NCBI GenBank assembly: GCA_964199315.1
Contig: OZ116700.1
Location: 4,154,001 to 4,218,000, forward strand
DNA length: 64,000 bases
Direction of reading: 5' to 3'
Source: Orbicella franksi
Lineage: Eukaryota
A program made the position numbers and the translations under genes. The stretch's first letter is position 1. Every line of letters begins with the position of its first letter. The notes below the pieces were generated by a model. It was not told where the DNA came from. It saw nothing but the letters and a program-made list of their open reading frames with translations, and made no database searches. Below are positions 12,801-25,360 of this stretch, piece by piece.

Positions 12801-13808
12801 CCGCAGTGTTATTTTCTTCACTTCCCGAGGGTCTCGTTTAGTGTAGCATGTAAAGAGTCCAAACAATTTTTTGTGACACTACAGCCGCAAGATTTATTCG
12901 CGTTCTGTCATGGAAAACGATTCAAGACAACCAGGGTATGTACAATTTCTGTCATGATGATTTCTAAGTATGAAACTTCAAACATTCCTAAAGAAACTTT
13001 CGCTCCCTTTGATGGAGGAGTAACACATTCGCTAAAAGAGTTCCTCTTTATTGATCACATTGCCAATAAGGTCAAAAACCAATATATTAAAAAGCCAATT
13101 TGCTCCAGTTTTTTGCCGTTTAAAAATAATCACTGTTTCAATTTCACTTCGGATTTCCTTTCGCTGCAGATCTAAGCTGTATATTTCAAGGAACACCTTC
13201 GTGAAGTTGTACTGGGATTTTTTTTTTGTAACAAGAATTTCGATCTAACTATCGACAGTACCACATTTTAATGGATATTTTTCTCAGTCCTGGGTTGCAT
13301 CATGCGGTGAAGAAATCACTGATTTGTTTCAAAGTTTATTCACGTTCCAGCCCTCAGAATTTCTAACTTGATTTGAATGGGTCTCTTAACTCGTCTTAAT
13401 TAATATTTTACTGAAATACAAAAGTGACATTTGCTTCTGCAGTAGAAAGGTTGAGATTCGTTTAGCAAATGAAATCTCCAGTCGTCAAACGTTTCACTGA
13501 TATTTGCGACTTGAAACTTCCTCCATCACCATTAGTTTCAGTACATGACAAAGTCATTATTATGTTGTATAGCTTTATTCTAGAAAAAAGCCGCTCAATT
13601 CTTAGAATCCCACACAAAATTCTCGGAAAATGGCCTTGCGGCCTTTGACCGTCTGGCTGCAGGCATATCAAATCATGTCAAATATAAAGGGGGAAATTTT
13701 GATTGGTTTCTTTGGCTTTTTTAAGAAACGCTCTAGGGCTTGATCATATGTGCACTCGATCATGTGCACACTGGAGACCGATCACGTGCTTCCTTTAGCC
13801 TGTTTACG

Positions 13809-14066
13809 GGTGGACCAATAGACTTTTGAGAAGGGGGAGGGGTAATTTGTACACACACACGCAAAAAAAAAAATACGCACAGGACTACTGCGAAAAATAT
13901 TAACATTTACGCACGCTCAGTGAGCCGAAAAATAATCTTACATATCATGCATACTGACACGTCCCGGGAGAAAAAAAAACATTCTTAGTGCATGAAAGGG
14001 TTAAAACAAATATTCGTTTCTGTACCAAATCACCCACCCCCTCTCAAAAGTCAAATAGTCCATACC
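13809..14066. mobile_element. MITE
   Basis: Imperfect ~30-bp TIRs (ggaccaatagacttttgagaaggggg / ccccctctcaaaagtcaaatagtcc); it interrupts a block that is uninterrupted at 10690-10790. Confidence 0.6.
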
Positions 14067-15508
14067 CTTAGCTTCTGATAGGCAGTCAGTCAGTAACGCT
14101 TATATATTCTCTTATTTTGTTTATCTTTCCTAGGCCAGGCCATGGGTGATTTTATACAAGGTGACCACAAAAAGTAAGGAAGCTGAGATTAAAATTTATT
14201 TATCGCAACAAAAGGACTTTTTATTAATATTTGCCTTCAAATTTTGATATCAGCTATCTGCTCTCTTTGATCAATTTCACTGAATTGCTGTCGATTAACT
14301 TTTACCTACTCATTTTTTGTGTATTGCTCAATTTTCATTCAATGCCAGTAACTGTTCGCGCAACTTGTTTCTGCGCATCCTGCCTGAGCATGCTACGCCA
14401 CAACCATCGCGCGCGTAAATTGAGGAATAAAATGAACAAAAGTGCTAATGAGGATGTTTAGTGACCCCCGTTTTCGTTTTGATCGTGATCACTTTCGATT
14501 CTCTACCGTTGTTCTACGTTTTGCGTAAAAATGAAATTGAACCGAAGATTTTGACAATTTTGCCCCACGCGCCATTGACATTCGCTCTTTTGAGCTCTTT
14601 ATTTATCGACACGACGGTTTCAACTGTCTCTTTACGGGTTGATTTATATAGAAATGATTGCAACATCTGGATTTATGAACGCCAAAGAACCACTTAGAAA
14701 AAATACAGTTAACAGGTTTTGCCTCCTTCAACTCAACGTCAATCTTGTTAAATAGCCCTGTGGGCTAACATTTCAAGATCAGGGTACTTTTTCACTCCTA
14801 AAATTCTGCACTACCTAAAAAAGTAACACGATCTGTCATTGAAGAAAAATATATATATCAGAGGATTTTCGCGCGAACGTCCCAAGAACCGCCTTCTATC
14901 GCGAGGCAGGAATGGTCAATAAAAACTCCGATATTTGCAATTGTATATGGGACCGTTATTTCAAAAACTCTGCGGTTTAATTTCACACCTATATACGAGT
15001 TCAGGAACATGCTATCATTCAAAAGGCATATTTCGTCTTCAAGCTATTCGGGAATTTTTAGAGCGGGGAAGAGTATTCGGAACGAACTTCGCATTTACTA
15101 TAAAATGATATTACTACGGTGCAGTTACACGTGGCAAGGGTATTTATTTGCAGAAAAATTAACAAAACTACTTACCGTCTTCTCGGCTGCCTGGAATGGC
15201 GAGTTAATTCGGCGGGAGCTTCTAGCTCGGCCATCGCAGAACACGAGTTGTTCCAGAAAAAGCCAGAACCTTTTTCAACTAGAGGCTATCAACTCGCGAT
15301 GTTCACTGTAAACCGATTCCTAGCTCATTCTGATGGGTGGATCATCTTTCGTCAACTTTATACCTGGCCCTAACAACACTGTTTTGTGTGGTTTCAGCAC
15401 TCCAGGAAGAATAATATTACCGTTTCAGCACAGAGGAACACATACTTTGGGTACCCAGATATTATCAAGTAATTCCTAAACGCTAGAAACTGTCAATAAA
15501 CTGTCAAT

Positions 15509-15741
15509 AGAGGGCTTAAGCATGACGGTTACAGTAAATGGCAAACCGCAAAAATGAAACTTTTGCAGTCTCTCTTCAGCTGTGTATACAATAGAGTAAA
15601 AATTATTTGTATTTGCAATGAATAGTAAGAGACGTTATTCCATTTTTGTGTGCTTTATTTACGGATTAGAAGAAAAAACTCAAAATCAGAAGTTATCTTT
15701 GCCGTTTGCGGTCTGCCGTTAACGTCATGCTTAACCTCTCT
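15509..15741. mobile_element. MITE with 3-bp AAT TSD (PHIS-type)
   Basis: TIRs agagggcttaagcatgacg / cgtcatgcttaacctctct; flanked by AAT on both sides. Confidence 0.7.
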
Positions 15742-16288
15742 AATGTTTTTGCCGTGACGACTGAGGGTTAGCCGAGTGTATAGTAAAAACTGAACAAGAA
15801 CCGTTCCAACTGGTAATGTGAAAAACAACTTATTTAATTTGTTCATCTAATAGGCAAAACATCGTGGGAAATTGTACGCTAACCTTGGGCCATTTATGGA
15901 TTCCGGCGCTTAATTTAACAATAGAGCTCATTGCCGCGTAAAACCAAAATAACTGAAAGAAATAAATTATCTTCAGCATCGTCCGCATTCTTTGGTTTTA
16001 CTCGTGACTTTTTGTCGCAGTCGCGACGATATTGGACCAACAAATACGTCTGTTTTCGTTATCATTCTATAACTTCTACTAATCTGCTCATTTCTTTGCT
16101 TTTCTAGCATAAAGTATTACTACATGTTATGTTATATTATATGATGTTTCTGCGCTGAAGAGAGAAACTATTTTATTCCTTACATCCCTCATAATTCAGG
16201 CCCATGCAATTTCAAGTGAACACTGTCGCAGCATCAGCCGATCTCGCAAGGGTCAGCCGACCGGTATCTGAACATTTTACTAAGCCTC

Positions 16289-16660
16289 GGCCCCTTCCAC
16301 ACTAAGCAGGAAAAATTTGAAAGCGTAACGGAGTTTTCACTTTGAAAACGCATCAAATATTTTCAGTCCACACTACGCCAGAGAAATTTGAAACGCAACA
16401 ATCACCATTCGTTTTGGATTTGTGTTTGATTAAAGCTCAGTCAGGGAAATCACATGATTATCGTGACGTCATCGTCTTCGGAAAACTCTGTCTCCTAAAT
16501 GTCAGTTTCCGTTCACGCTAAAATGCAAAGCCAGCGTTGTCAAATTCCTCCGGTTTGAAGAGCGTTTTCGAAAAACTCCGTTTACGTGACGGGTTAGTGT
16601 GGACGGCAGGCCTAACCGTAGAAATTAGGCTGTGTTTTTAAGTTTCTCCGGCGTAGTGCG
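16289..16660. mobile_element. Harbinger-like MITE, right end truncated
   Basis: Left end ggcccc.tccacact...aaattt, internal ccacactacgccagagaaattt, right end tttctccggcgtagtg (inverted copy). Confidence 0.55.
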
Positions 16661-16929
16661 TAATTAAATTTCTATAACACAAAAAATCGATGTCAGTTCA
16701 CGGAAGCAGAGAGTAGTGTTAGAAATGGTGAAGACAAAGCCCTTCTCCTTGAGGGTGAGATACAGTATTTGTGAATTAAATTGTTTATATCCTGGTTTTC
16801 GCGTTTATGTATCAGTTAACTAGAGAGAGAACGTGGTATAAGGCAAAAAAGTAGCTTTGCTTATTACTGTTAGTTATGCAGACTCCAGGCTTTGAAGGTA
16901 TCGCTTTCCACACGTCAAGGCAAGAGAAT

Positions 16930-17298
16930 GGGAGCTTAAGCAATGACGACGGCGACGCCAAGGACGACGGCTGGAAAAAAAGGAACTTAAATTTTACCTT
17001 TAAATTTCGCAATTATCTAAAACTGTTTATTAAGCCGAGAGGTCTAAAACCCTACTCAAACTAAAGATGTAACGCAACTATCAATTCCAATCGAAAATAT
17101 GAAAAAAAAAAAAAAATCGTCGTGGCTCACGTTCTTCATAATACGCAAACTTGGTCATTTCACGTTGTTGTGTTTAACAGAGGACGGCAAAGAAGTGCAC
17201 AAACATTCATAACTAGCGTGTACAGTCATTGCTCTGCTCATCAAACCTTCTTCTTTGGTTCTTGTTGCCGCTGCCGTCGTGGTTTGCTCAAGTTCCCT
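16930..17298. mobile_element. MITE of the AGGGA(G)CTTAAGCA...GACGGCGACG family
   Basis: TIRs gggagcttaagcaatgacgacggcgacg / gccgtcgtggtttgctcaagttccct; ends related to those of 21220-22227. Confidence 0.7.
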
Positions 17299-17794
17299 AT
17301 TTGTCTCAAAACAACGCCTTCGTGACATTCATCACGTTAAACTAAGCGTAACAACCTCAAAACATCGTGTTCACCTTAATTATTTCCCTCATTTGGCAGA
17401 CATATTACCGTCCTTTATTCCAAGAAACACGGGAAACTTGCTTTTCCTTGTTTAGTGAACACCAGGAAGTTAAAAAAAGTTTTAACAAGTATAGCCGAGT
17501 ACAAAAATAAACCGCTTAAACCATGATAAGGTGAGACTGTTACTTCATTTGAGCCATTTCTTACTTGTCCCGTTATTTTATATTTTTGTTAATTGGTTGG
17601 CTGCGATGATATTTCAGATAGCGCAGGCTGAACCTGACTGACAGATTAAAAAAAATCAGCTGACTCCTTTTAAGAACCTTATAAAGTTAAGAGGTGTTTT
17701 TGTTCACCACAAGTCTAAACCATGCAACCACAGAGAATTGAACTTGCTATAACCTGAAAACACGAAAGTTCGAGAGAAGTTTTGGAAATGTTCA

Positions 17795-18019
17795 AGGTTC
17801 TTGAAGGTCCCGAAAAGTGTTCGCACCCGGAAAGCCATAGCAAAGTCTCAAACCTCATGATTAAAGAGCTGTTTATATTCTTAATATGAACAGAGGTTTA
17901 ATTTCCTCCAAACAAGAAGTTTCAGGTGTATGCACTTCTCTGTGTTTAGATACAGACTAACTAAAAATGCCTTTGCGGGCCCGTAAAGTTTCCGAGGCTT
18001 TCGAGAAACGGGCCTCAGG
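17795..18019. mobile_element. MITE copy (GGGCCCGTTTCTCGAA family), inverted relative to the copy at 51755-51988
   Basis: Colinear similarity over ~220 nt with the reverse complement of 51755-51988. Confidence 0.7.
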
Positions 18020-18903
18020 CCTTACACCTTAAGAGTAAAATGCCATTTGTGGAAATTGCCATACATTGGCTCTGCAATGTTTTCGCGTTTTCAGGCTCCA
18101 AAGTAACAGTGTGGTCTCCGGATGACGAGCGATAAGGCTTTGAAAGTATCACATTGTACGTGTTTACGTGATGGCAAGTGATCGCACGATAATCTCAAAA
18201 CAGTGTCTTGATTGCATTCATCAAATTAATTAACCCAAGGGTTAACCACACAACTGCGCCTTTGTCTTTATTTGCGTCATTTGGCAGACGTCCTGTGTGC
18301 CAAAAAAAAAAAAAAAAAAAAAAAAAGATGGAAAACGTGCTCTTCCTTGTTTATTCAACACAGGGAAGTTGAAAACAGTGACAACGAGTACTTACCAAGT
18401 ACAAAAATAAAATCGTCTAAACCTTGAGACTGTTACTCCAGTTGAGCTATTTCTTACTGTTCACGGTTTATATTTTTGTTTGTTGGCCACAATGATAGTT
18501 TAGATAACGCAGGAGAAAACTTGCTTATCTGCACGTCCTGAAACACGGAAGTCAAACTACACCCGGCAGCGAAAGTCACGCGACCAAGAGACGGGCTGTC
18601 ATAACACAACATAACATCTCATTTGTGTCAATGACACAGAAGGTGGCTTCCAAGTCTTCTTCCGAGCCAAAGGCTCATGGTAAGAAGGCAAAGGCTCTAT
18701 CATGGTTACGAGCAACGCATTAAGTTTCGTTCAGTTCTAAAAGATTCTGTATTCAGTCGAAATTATCCGAGACTGCAGCTTTTGACACAAATGAAGCCGA
18801 TTAATCTAACCTATCCAAAAACACTAATCGGTCCTAATTTGTCAAAGAGTGAAGAGCTGAAATCTTTCACTTCAGTGACACTTCATTCGTGTATTTGTGT
18901 AAT

Positions 18904-19400
18904 TACATTTTTTTTTTTATAAGAACCCTTTCTATAAGAACGTTAAGGCTGAGATTAACCAAAATTTTAGGAACGGATTAAGAACATTCCTCAGGCTGAG
19001 AGTCGATTAATAACGTTTTTAATTTGCATACTGGTATATTATATGACAAGCATAAAATAAAGGTAACAAAAAATGTAAATTAATCCGAATACTTCAGGGC
19101 ATTAATACAATGAAATCAACCTTTGCTGTAAAACCATCCTGTGAAATCCACCTATTATAGCCTACTAAAGAGGTAGATCTCTCAAAGACATGCTCGTAAG
19201 AGCCAAATTATGAGAGACACATATAATCAAATCACATCTATCATGCAGGGAGTCCGTGCTGGCCTGTCTTCATTATTTTCATACCATATGTAAATTTAAG
19301 AACATCTTAAGAACGTTTTCAGCCTCAAATCGAAAAAAATATATAAGAGCGTTCAGCCTCAGCTCAAAAATTAGACGTTCTTATATAATAAAAGAGTGTA
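18904..19400. mobile_element. MITE with TACAC/TTTT..ATAAGAAC ends
   Basis: Inverted ends tacattttttttttataagaac / gttcttatataataaaagagtgta, with internal inverted aagaacgtt..aggctgag motifs. Confidence 0.6.
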
Positions 19401-19584
19401 AATCGCAATGATGCTCTAGCCTGTTCGAATGTAAACAGTAGCGCGAGCCGAAAGCAAATAGTGAATGTTTTTCTAACAATACTACTTCGTTCTCCCACTG
19501 TTAGCGAATGTTTGTAGAAAACTATTTCCCGCTAAATTTGTTTGCTGAAATTTTGTACTGTGCAAACTTAATACTTCTACTATA

Positions 19585-20020
19585 ACAGAGGCGGCGGAGC
19601 GTTTTGAAACATGAGGGGACACATCGTTAAGCCAATCGCATATCTCTACTCGATATTTTCCAAAGTATGTCTTGCGTTGTTCGTTCGCACAAACAAACTT
19701 TTTTGCGATGTCTACAGTGTTCAATGTGTCTGTTATAGACTTATGACAATGCAGGAGGAGGTAGTTGTTAAGGCGATCCTTCTTCATGGTGCTTCTAAGG
19801 AACACAGGTTGGAGCTGTTCAAAAAAACCCTCAAAATATTATTTCGCCAAGCGCGAGCATGATGAAACGATTTGTGAAAAGATCACGGAACGGAATATTT
19901 TGTCGTACTAATTTTAAGCTGCGCTAGCGATATTTTTGGCACCGAAAGGTCGGGGGGAGGGGGGGAGAGGGGACTGAGCCCTCACAAATTTTCATTTGGG
20001 GGGCTACAGGTACAGGCCCC
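19585..20020 (-). mobile_element. hAT-family transposon remnant (C-terminal dimerisation region)
   Basis: Minus-strand LRSTMKKDRLNNYLLLHCHK...IAKKFV..NEQRKTYFG matches the hAT/ZMYM1-type C-terminal motif LRSTM..ERL..L.LLH; G-rich terminal segment. Confidence 0.65.
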
Positions 20021-21219
20021 CGTGACTATGAATAATTTGTAAGTCAGCTACGCGAAACAGCAGTCTCTCATACATCATTTACTGTGCGTACATGTACTGA
20101 GTTAATGGCTGTATTTGTCAATGAAAACGAATAAAACGTCTATGACGAATAATGCATTCAAGAATTACCATGTGTCTGGGGTAACAAGGAAAATAAAACG
20201 CCTTAAGCGTTGTGCGAACTTAAACAAACAGACGTATTACACGTCTCAGCCATATAATGCCTCCAGGTAAATACGAGACGCAATGCTCAGACTTATGATA
20301 AAATTTGTAACCAAGCGACAACAGTTCAAAAATAACGACCAGTTAAAGCTCAGGAAATTCTGAAAATATTCCATTGAGTAGCTAACATACTCGCCTTCAT
20401 AAAGTGCTCCGATAAATTCACGTAAATCTCTTACCTGGCTTCAAGATTAAAGTTTTGGTCCTTTGTAGTGATCCTTGAAACCTAGGTAGCATTAAAACTG
20501 CCAGCTTTTCCTTCCAGCTGTAGGTTTGTATACAAGGTACATTTGTACGTTCCTCATCTGTGTCGAGCGTGACGGACACATACTTCGATGTTCTTTGTAT
20601 TACTGACCATTGTTTTCCTCGAAGCCGGTTTAGCCATGTAGAGTCCTCTTGAAAGGTTTGTAGAAGCACTCTTTTGGACAAAGCTCGGCACACATACATG
20701 TATGAACCGTAAACGGTGAACTGGGGATCCAAGGAAGGATTGAGCAATGCCACGGCCATTTTGTGTTACAACAGGTGTTTAGTTCCCAATCTTCCTGTGG
20801 GTTTCACGGCAATCAATGATGTGATACTCGCTGGAAGATTGGGAACTAAAACGCCTGTTTGTAAACACAGAATGGCCGTGGCATTTATCAATCCTTCCTT
20901 CAGTTCCTTGGATCCTCGGATCACCGTTTACTGTTCATACATGTATGTGTGTAGCCTGCGAACGCAGACGTATTTCCGGCTGTCGCTCGTCTTCGCCGAA
21001 AAATAACGTCTGCGAACCCGAGCCAGGAAACGATTTCTCTGACGTAGGAATTTTAAGCCAATCACAGTTTAGCTCAAGCAGCCCCAGAACTACTGCGCGA
21101 GGTATTCGCTGCGAGGAGCACTCGAGTTTCATTTTATCATGGAATCTGATTGGCCAAGGAGAAACAAAAGTCATTACGTCACAGAAATTGTTTCCTGGCT
21201 CGGGTTCGCAAAAGTTATT

Positions 21220-22227
21220 AGGGACTTTAAGCAGCGGGAACGCGGACGGCGACGGGGACGCCGAAACCTGTGAGAAGGCTGGGGAGAGAACGCCGTTGTG
21301 GCGGGAATTCACAAACAATAAGCAGCACCGTCGGAAACCGCGGTTTCCGCACTGTCAAGCTTATTGACATTATCGATATTCCTCCTCTGTTTATCAGGAT
21401 GAACTAGGATCACTTCATTGAAAGAAGTTCGCAATCAACTCTTGATAATCCACGATGAAGGTGTGTTAAACGATCACGAACTTCTACTCTTGTACGATTT
21501 AAACCGATCGAATGATCTCGATCAACCTTATGATTCCTTCCTGATTTTAACTTCGATGGTTTGAAGACGACGAGTGCCGGTCCGAATTTCGCTTCCACAA
21601 ACGCAACTTGCCCCTTCTCGCTGAGTTGTACAATGAAGTAAACGAACTTATTATCAGCAGATGTTTAATCAGACTGGCGCGACAAATCAGCATGCCGACT
21701 GATAAAGATCTAAGTAAACCATTGATCTTACGACTGAAAATGCAGACAGCTACGCAAGTTTTAATGGTGTCTACCCTTTTAAATGTGTTGGAATTTCACC
21801 ATGATGAGCCATTTGACATTTGAGTACTTCTCGAAAGGAAAATTTCGATTGAAATTCGTGTAAGTTGTCTTTATTTACATTAGCTTTCAAAAAGATATTT
21901 CACGGTACTCACATGTTCGCCGACTGGCTTGAGTTCGCTTCAGATTTCTCGACGTTTCTTTAAAATGAAATATCTCACGTAACAAGAGAAAACAAGCATT
22001 AAAGTTCCTCGAAATTAGTAACACGGGTTATTTAGCGTTGACACAGCAGAGGAAACGAAAGCGAAAACTCACGTTTTCAGACAACGCGAAATGAGCTTCA
22101 CTCACGTCGGGCCCGAAGGCAGAACGTCAACTTGTTTCCCGCCAGTCATGCGCAGTGGACCTTTTGGCTTTTCCCCGATCTTATGGCGTTCCCGTCGCCG
22201 TCCGCGTTGTCTTTGCTTAAAGTCCCT
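21220..22227. mobile_element. PHIS (Harbinger/ISL2EU-related) non-autonomous element with ATT TSD
   Basis: TIRs agggactttaagca...acgcggacggcgacggg.acgcc at both ends; ATT on both flanks; removing it restores the host MITE's TIR symmetry. Confidence 0.8.
21409..21628 (+). pseudogene. Frameshifted N-terminal fragment of a Harbinger-like (DDE_Tnp_4-type) transposase
   Basis: SLKEVRNQLLIIHDEGVLNDHELLLLYDLNRS...FDGL[fs]EDDECRSEFRFHKRNLPLLAEL resembles the DDEC..EFRF.K..LP.LA N-terminus I recall from cnidarian Harbinger-like transposases. Confidence 0.55.
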
Positions 22228-24857
22228 ATTTTTTGGCGGAGACGAGCGACAGCCGGAAATACGTCTGCGTTCGCAGGCTAGTATGTGTGCCGAGAGTTGT
22301 TCAAAAGAGTGCTTCTACAAACCTTTCAAGAGGACTCTACATGACTAAACCGGCTTCGAGGAAAACAATGGTCAGTAATACAAAGAACATCGAAGTATGT
22401 GTCCGTCACGCTCGACACAGATGAGAAATGTATAAATGTACCTTGTATACAAACCTACATCTGGAAGGGAAAGCTAGCAGTTTTTAATGCTACCTAGGTT
22501 TCAAAGATCGCTACAAAGGACCAAAACTTTAATCTTGAAGCCAGGTAAGATTTACGTGAATTTATCGGAGCACTTTACGAAGGCGAGTATGTTACCTACT
22601 CAGTGGAATATTTTCAGAATTTCCTGAACTTTAAGCTGTCGTTAGTTTTGAAAACCTAGTGGGCAGACAAATTTTATTATTTTTTTAAATTAAGGGCCAT
22701 TTATACTTTCTATTCATGTAGTTCAGCAGTTTCAAACAGGTGCCACACTTTTAGAACGTGACTTCAAAGTAGAGCTAGTTTCGTGTTTGGTTCAAAACTC
22801 GATTTAACGGTTAGAAAATCTTCTTTTAACCGTTGAAGAAACAACATTGAATTATAATTGCAACATGGCTAAACAAACTGCTATGATGTATCTATAGTTG
22901 AATAAAAGAATTGGGACTTTTGAGCGAATATCAATTTTTTAGAGCGCCGGCAATATGTGCCATTTTTCCAGTTTCGGCAGGCACGCAATTTGTGTCGAGT
23001 GGACCGAACTTCAATCAATCCTAGAAAAATTCAATTAGAATTTTTTATCAAATAAAACTCATTTTAGTGATTCACTAGGTAAGGGCTTCGAAATCCCAGC
23101 TTATGAGAAAAATCGAATTTTAAAAGTAAAATCAGTGCTCGGTTTTTACAGAGACAGCCTCTTAAATCTTTCGATATATGGCTTTGAACATACCAGTAAA
23201 TCGATCAATAAAATTAAATTCTCGGTTACTACTTGCACGTAAGGTGAACGGAAAACGCGCGGCCACGTTCAAACATTACAGGAGCGTATCTGAGGAGTGA
23301 AGTTTGCCTTTTTGGTGTATGCGTTCCATCACGAAATGTTTGGTGCTAATTACACCTGATCGTATTTTCTCAGTACGCTTTCGCGGCATATCAGGAGAGT
23401 TTGGTCCAACCATGGCTCGTATTTTTGCGAGATGGAGTCGAGCCGAAATACTAAAGACGAGAGCCATCAGGCCGGATATACTGCCGAAGCGTACCAGAAA
23501 GACACAATTAAGTATTTACCATATCCAAGTTCGCCCCAAAGTTTGGCTATGTCAGGTTAGCAACTTGATATCACAGCACAGTAGATAGAGCTTCTTATTG
23601 GCTAATAGCTAATTTTAGGTGTATAAATGCAGTTATTTAAATGCAGTACGTGTTTGCATATTCCAACGAGTCTTTGGGCAAACATGACCCAGCTAGATAC
23701 AGGTTTCATAAAAGACACCTTGATATGCATAAATTTCTTGACGGAAAAAAAAAATTAACAACTCTGCAGTATGTCGAGTTTCGCAAGAATGGCTTTATTA
23801 AAGATAATGAAACCGCTAAGTCCCTTAAAAGTCGCATAACTCTATAAAAGTGATCCCCAATAAAGTAAATTTAATCAACAAAAAATCAACAACACGCAAC
23901 CAGGAACGGATTAGTCTAAATATAGTTAACCATATTATAACTTGCTTACAAACGGGTAAAGTGGTTTGGTCCCGCGAATTCTCAATTCTCAATCATTATT
24001 AGAAATACGAATTAATTTTCTGGACAACTGATGCACACTTCTATTCAGGTCTGTTTTAAGAATCTGCTAATATGTCAAGACAGTGTTTCCTGGAATGAGC
24101 AGAATTACCGTCACTGTTTAGTAAAGAGACAATTTTTGTTCCTAAATGATGAATAGAAAAAGTCGAGTGAGTCATCAAAATTCAAAGGAGAAAAAACTAG
24201 ATATAACACCCAGTTCAAGGGAACAGGCATTAAAGACTCTGTCCCATAGCGTGTGTTCACACATACTATGCGAAACTAAAAAACTACAATGTTCCAAGAA
24301 GTAAACTATGCTAAAACTCGGCGAAAATCTGTTCGAAAATTAAGGGCCACAAAAAAGGTAACTAAAATAGTGTGGAGGGCGAGACAACAGTGACCCGTAG
24401 AAACTCATGCTAATATACAACTAGTTTGAAAGTAAGCGTTTCCTTAAAGTTATAAAGTGGAGAGGAATCAAACATTCTTATCTAGCGCTGACTTTGGATA
24501 AACTAACATAATTGGTGGATGTGAAGCAATCTATACTGATCCATTATTTTCGTCAAAGTAAATTAGGTCTCTATATTTACGAATGACAGCGATTTCACAG
24601 CAATTTTACGTAGACTTTTAGTTTCTGGGTAAAAGAACTAAGTTGTGTCTGAAAGGTGAAATCTAAACTTACCTAGCTACAATCACTTACTTCTTAAAGC
24701 TACAGAAAGCGAGTTCCTTTTTGTTAAAAATTAGACCATAAAAAAACTACAGGCAAATTTCTTGCAAAAATAGTCAAATGTCACAGAAACAGACTGGTGA
24801 AAATGGCTGCTTTCGATATAACAAAGAAAACCTGCAAGTTGTAATTAATCACGCACG

Positions 24858-24863
24858 TTTATT
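24858..24863 (-). promoter_or_regulatory. Candidate polyadenylation signal of PKS-B
   Basis: AATAAA on the minus strand ~280 nt after the stop. The hexamer is common in AT-rich DNA. Confidence 0.25.
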
Positions 24864-25139
24864 AATTAATTGTAAATAAGTTTATACTTGGGTAAGAAAA
24901 GGCTACTTGCTAAGCTTTTGCAACTAACAGTGAAATCTAACAGAAGCATCGGGGTAAATCGCTCCATGGCTCTGTCATTTTGACTGAATAACAAGGATCA
25001 GTAAAGTTGCAACTAAGCAAGTTTGTTGTAAATATATTTCATGACAGGCTTGTGTCAAAAAGTACGAACTGAATTCGAACAACAAATGGTCAAAATGTTA
25101 TAGCTAGAAAAATTAACACACGTGTTTGCCACTACAATT

Positions 25140-25360
25140 CTAACTGGTTAACAAAGTCACAGCAAATACAGCTTCTATCATGTTGTAAAATGCTTTTAGA
25201 TCGGAATAATCAGTGAATTCCAAGTTGTAAACTCGTCGGCCTGTTATGACGGATGCAACTTGTCCCAGGTTCCCACTTTGATGAGCTCCAACTCTTCGCT
25301 TGCGCCAGGCATACTTCTGGGCACTGGAGACAAGTCGTCCTGGCTGCACCATGCGGAGGC
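25140..25360 (-). CDS. PKS-B terminal exon, PH-like part 2 (GLRMVQPGR...[13 protein letters not shown]...IEAVF...*)
   Basis: Strong acceptor tcttttctttcag|GC, phase 1, ends at TAG 25140. Confidence 0.75.

Larger units (their letters stand above)
20952..22280. mobile_element. Mutator-like MITE (TAGCCTGCG ends, 9-bp TSD) carrying a nested element
   Basis: 46-bp TIR with one mismatch (extends to ~85 bp once the inner insert is removed); exact TSD gtatgtgtg at 20943-20951 and 22281-22289. Confidence 0.85.
20325..22652. repeat. Long foldback/palindromic element (~430-bp arms, ~110-bp spacer) with right arm split by nested insertions
   Basis: 20325-20700 is the reverse complement of 22281-22652, and 20690-20760 is the reverse complement of 20871-20951, with few mismatches by eye. 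Confidence 0.85.

Noticed and set aside
20933-22424. Cluster of 60-140 aa ORFs on both strands, some nearly identical
   Set aside because: They derive from GC-rich TIRs of the nested transposons.
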